DNA of 21,038 nucleotides from Chlamydiia bacterium (GTDB lineage Bacteria; Chlamydiota; Chlamydiia; Chlamydiales; Parachlamydiaceae): NCBI GenBank assembly GCA_038257035.1, contig JBBSJT010000031.1, positions 1 to 21,038 of the forward strand, read 5' to 3'. Shown piece by piece: positions 17,468 to 21,038 of this stretch (position 1 is its first letter; each line of letters starts with the position of its first letter). The notes under the pieces were generated by a model. It saw only the letters and a program-made list of their open reading frames with translations, ran no database searches and was not told where the DNA came from. The position numbers and the translations under genes were made by a program.

Positions 17468-17715
17468 TTTTTTAACCACAGAGGGCAAGAGATAAAGATT
17501 AATAAAGGCACTAAATCTTTTGAAATGCTTTTGTTTAAAAAGTTCAGGTTTTTTTACAATGAGGCAGTGAGAAATACATGAGGACAGAGAGGGGTTAGGA
17601 ATTTCAAGACCCCTCACTGATCTCATGTCTTTCTCACTGCCTCATTGTGAAAAAATCTGAAGCTTTTCACATTCCAGTAGCGCCAGTATATGTCTAATGT
17701 CCTCTGTGGTAAAAA
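17468..17715. repeat. Nested palindrome between convergent genes
   Basis: Outer T-tract-ACCACAGAGG (17475-17484) pairs with CCTCTGTGGT-A-tract (17701-17710). The inner ~60-bp-arm hairpin at 17537-17667 includes a 19-bp perfect stem (17556-17574 / 17630-17648). Confidence 0.9.
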
Positions 17716-17723
17716 TGATTAAG

Positions 17724-18146
17724 TTAGACGATTTTTTTGTTGGTGGCGACCCAGGTGTCGCGTTCATCTTCAAATCTTTTGACTTCTCTGTTATACGTGA
17801 AACCGACACGAATAATATTCATCACAAGAAAAAAACAGGAATAGGTTCTTAATACACTTGAAATGGAGAGCTTTGATTCTTTTGAAATAGTTTTGAAAAT
17901 AAGCCCTGAAGCAATCAAGGAAATGCCTGATGCGCGAAGTGCATGCAGGGGGCTTTCAAAAAAGGAAATTCTAATGATTTTTTTTATAAGAGAAGAAGAA
18001 AAAATAACATCATAAGGAATTTTATTAAAAAAAATAGCAAGCATTTTCCTTACCTTTTCTTCCGGATGTGTATTTTCAATAATCAGAAAATCATCTAAAA
18101 CAAGAAGGCTCATCCCTAAAATCGGCAATGCTTCAACTGGAATCAT
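17724..18146 (-). CDS. Hypothetical membrane protein
   Basis: 140-aa ORF with AAGGA SD and several hydrophobic segments; no recognised motif. Confidence 0.55.
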   Translation of the reverse strand: MIPVEALPILGMSLLVLDDFLIIENTHPEEKVRKMLAIFFNKIPYDVIFSSSLIKKIIRISFFESPLHALRASGISLIASGLIFKTISKESKLSISSVLRTYSCFFLVMNIIRVGFTYNREVKRFEDERDTWVATNKKIV

Positions 18147-18514
18147 TTTAAATCCTTAAAATACCATTTAAACCCGTATTAATTTTAAGAATAATGGAAT
18201 GAAATCATTAAATGCTATATAAATTATTTTCTTTTATATCCCAGAGATTCTAAAATTGTCATTTCTTTTTCAGTAAATCTTGGATTAAAAAAAAGCTTTT
18301 TTGTTTTGAAAAAGCAATTTGTGCAAAAATAAGTAATCGTACTCATAAAAATTATCTCCTTATCATTTTTATATGTACTCATCTTATTTGATGATTGTTA
18401 TTCTTATTTAAATAACAGGTAAAGAACAGATTAATTTAGACATCTACAATTTATAACATCTTCTATTTTTTCATTTTGAAGTAGAAAATATATATAATGT
18501 TTTGTTTTACGAGG

Positions 18515-19543
18515 TTAGGAGGGGTTGATTTTATTGACGATGAAGGCATCGCGATAATACTTCTTCAATTGCTCAAAGAAGAGGGGATTTTGCTCTGTAA
18601 TGGTTGCCAGTACTTCATCAGAATAAGAACGCACACTTGCCGTCAATCCCACATCTTTTGGCATTTCCTGATCAAAAAAGATCATGATGCTAAGGTCTTC
18701 ATCAGTTTTTAGATTTTCAATATGATGGGGGTAGGCTTTTGGAATAAAATAAATATCGCCCTCTTCCATAATGTATGTATCCACAAACCCTGCAGGATTT
18801 AAGATAGACATGCGGCCTTGCCCACTTTTTATAAATCCGAGCTCTGCAGTCTCAGGATGCCAATGCGGCTCACGCATTCCACTACCTGTTAGAATAAGAG
18901 AATAAAGGGCTAGATCTTTAACGATAGGCCAAACATTTTTTCGAGCCATACGTGCTGATCCGCCATTATTTGTTATCAATGGTGCAGATGATTCAAGTTT
19001 AAAACTATAAGGAGTTGCATATCTTGCATCATTTGGTATTGAAGTTTGGCTTTTGTTTATTCTTGCAAATACATTTGTTGTGTCACGCTTATAATCTTCA
19101 AAAACTGTCTCTTTAACATTCCATGTATTTCCTAATACAGCATTTGAAAAAGCGCCAAGCGTTCCTGACAGACCAAAGTCTTCTACTTGGTCACTATTAA
19201 AACATGCAACAATTTCTGCAGCAGCTGCTCCCACATTTTCAATATCATGTAAAGCGCCCGATGGAATGAAATAGGCATCTCCTGCCTGAATGAGGAAAGT
19301 CGCTTTAGTATCGTTAGTGTCATACAACGAAATAATTGCCTCACCGGTTAAACAATAGCCTAGTTCATCTGCATTGGCATGCCAGTGCGGCTCGCGGACG
19401 CCCCCCTTATTCAGATTGATTTTATAAAGAGACATACCAACAAGAGCCGCAAAATTTTCTTTAGAGGCCTTTTTTCGCGTACCCCCTTCCGTTTTTTCCT
19501 GTGGGGTAAGCGTGCTGAATTTAAATAGATGATTTGATGTCAT
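18515..19543 (-). CDS. Oxalate decarboxylase-like bicupin (Mn-binding)
   Basis: Two cupin domains: GVREPHWHANADE...YFIPSGALHDIEN and GMREPHWHPETAE...YFIPKAYPHHIEN, each with His-His-Glu-His ligands. Confidence 0.88.
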   Translation of the reverse strand: MTSNHLFKFSTLTPQEKTEGGTRKKASKENFAALVGMSLYKINLNKGGVREPHWHANADELGYCLTGEAIISLYDTNDTKATFLIQAGDAYFIPSGALHDIENVGAAAAEIVACFNSDQVEDFGLSGTLGAFSNAVLGNTWNVKETVFEDYKRDTTNVFARINKSQTSIPNDARYATPYSFKLESSAPLITNNGGSARMARKNVWPIVKDLALYSLILTGSGMREPHWHPETAELGFIKSGQGRMSILNPAGFVDTYIMEEGDIYFIPKAYPHHIENLKTDEDLSIMIFFDQEMPKDVGLTASVRSYSDEVLATITEQNPLFFEQLKKYYRDAFIVNKINPS

Positions 19544-19714
19544 GGAATTTCTCTTTCTATCTTTAACTCACACTTATAATAGAGAAGCATTATGTGTAAA
19601 TAGAAATCTTTATTCAATCTTAACTAAAGCTTTTATATGTATTTACAATCTTTTTGTATAATTGAGGTTAACAGTAAATTTTAATGTTAATATTAATTGT
19701 AATAAGGATTACTT

Positions 19715-20767
19715 ATGGGGTTAACTTCAACTGATTATCGAACAAGATTAGAAATGCAAACGGCAAAACCGATGTTTTCCGCTGGAACAAGGTATGTCAG
19801 CATAGTAAATAAAGATACCAAAAATCGGGAATCGGTGCCAATAAAAGATATTTTAGAAGCAAGTTTTGAACAAATAAACAAAGCTAACACTCCACAAAAG
19901 AAATTAGAAGCTAAAGCAATGCTTGAAAATGTAAAAAAACTTGAAAGCGGTAGTCGAAATTGCTTCATGCGCCTCTTGAACTTTTTAGGAATAAAAAATG
20001 CTTATACAAAGCGTGATAAACAAATTGAAGCATTGGAAAAAATGCTCACTCTTGATGACGTGTTTAATCCATTAATGGCAAAAGTCACGAACTTAAATGC
20101 TAACAGGGATGCATTACCTGCCTACGAATTTATCAAAATCGAGAAATCTTATGGTTCTCGCAAAATTATTATTAAAGTAAAGGAATCTGACACAAATACC
20201 ATAACAACAAATTTTGATGAACTTTATAAAACTCTCCTTAATAAAATTGATGAAGCCGAATATAGAGATGAAATTGCACTTCTTCATGAGAATTTTGAAA
20301 AACTAGCTGAACTTGATAAAGGCAGCCGTCAAGGTGCTTATGAGTGGAAAACAAGAAATACTCAAATCGAAACGATTAAAGCCAAAATTAATTTTAAGAA
20401 TCAGGAAATTAAAAGAAATGAAAGCATCCAGCCGGAACTTCTAGGAAAGAAATTAAAAGATTTAGACTTTAAAATCAAAGTCTTAGAAAGCGGCAAATTT
20501 CGTGCAACCGGAAATGAAAATCTATTAGCACTTGATCTGCAGGCTTGTAGAAAACAAAAAGCCGATTTAGAGGAAAAATTAGAAAAAGCAAAATTATGCG
20601 ATCTCCTTTATAATAAAATTTCCACTAAATCTGATTTTCGAAACAATTTGAAAAATTTCGTAGAATTATTTAAGAATGAAAAAAGTTATCGTGTGGAAGA
20701 GCTAGCTAGAATAAATGGCATCGACTTTAATGACGTTTTCGACGCACTAGATGCTGAAACAGAATAA
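19715..20767 (+). CDS. Hypothetical helical/coiled-coil protein with an internal duplication
   Basis: 350-aa ORF with AAGGA SD; K/E/L-rich; two related ~80-aa units offset by ~124 aa. Confidence 0.75.
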   Translation: MGLTSTDYRTRLEMQTAKPMFSAGTRYVSIVNKDTKNRESVPIKDILEASFEQINKANTPQKKLEAKAMLENVKKLESGSRNCFMRLLNFLGIKNAYTKRDKQIEALEKMLTLDDVFNPLMAKVTNLNANRDALPAYEFIKIEKSYGSRKIIIKVKESDTNTITTNFDELYKTLLNKIDEAEYRDEIALLHENFEKLAELDKGSRQGAYEWKTRNTQIETIKAKINFKNQEIKRNESIQPELLGKKLKDLDFKIKVLESGKFRATGNENLLALDLQACRKQKADLEEKLEKAKLCDLLYNKISTKSDFRNNLKNFVELFKNEKSYRVEELARINGIDFNDVFDALDAETE

Positions 20768-20785
20768 CTAATCCCTATATCATCT

Positions 20786-20806
20786 AAGAGGGACATTGTC
20801 CCTCTT
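20786..20806 (+). terminator. Putative terminator hairpin
   Basis: AAGAGGGAC-att-GTCCCTCTT lies 18 bp after the stop codon; the U-tract is short. Confidence 0.45.
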
Positions 20807-20918
20807 TCTATCATTCAAATCTAGCAAATTATTCGTAATAAGCTTTAAGGTGTATACTGATGCTATTTGACAGTGAAATTTGCAATGTTAATAAAGTAAC
20901 TTAATATAACATCTTCGA

Positions 20919-20961
20919 TTTTTTTACAGGATATGCAGGATCGCTAACGCGGCAGGATCGC
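20919..20961 (+). repeat. Probable left arm of another palindromic element (CAGGAT unit)
   Basis: T7-AC-AGGAT followed by GCAGGATCGC twice (20935-20944, 20952-20961). The partner arm is not within the window. Confidence 0.55.
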
Positions 20962-21038
20962 GTAGGGGGGGGGTTTTTTGAACGCCCAGGGTTTAATATG
21001 TGGTTTTTATTTTCATGCGGGGCGGGGTAGTGGCTATA

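Noticed and set aside
17414..17626. 70-aa minus-strand ORF
   Set aside because: It runs through the palindromic element and overlaps the end of a real gene; no protein features.
20867..20895. TTGACA as a sigma-70-type promoter
   Set aside because: There is no good -10 at 16-18 bp spacing and no downstream gene is visible in the window.

Overview
AT-rich bacterial window. Gene content (PP2C phosphatase next to a NifS-type desulfurase, CPBP protease, FtsB-like protein, F-box protein, Chlamydiae-type hypotheticals) points to an environmental Chlamydiae / amoeba-symbiont genome; this taxon call is inference. There are 16 credible CDSs and no RNA genes, transposase or CRISPR array. Three things stand out. 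(1) The N-terminal ~290 aa of the 1702-aa ORF align motif by motif with the eukaryotic TENT5/FAM46 non-canonical poly(A) polymerases and keep an acidic catalytic triad (D154, D156, D220), making it a candidate bacterial host-RNA-tailing effector. (2) Many intergenic regions hold long palindromes with a shared grammar: a T-tract, then AC, then a tandem 8-9-bp unit, with a different unit at each locus. Some are nested 2-4 layers deep. (3) Other accessory or host-interaction genes include a signal-peptide Ni-SOD with a His/Asp tail and no sodX, a secreted serpin, an F-box protein, a ubiquitin-like segment and a lid-less OxdC-like bicupin. All alignments were made by eye against remembered reference sequences and need computational confirmation.
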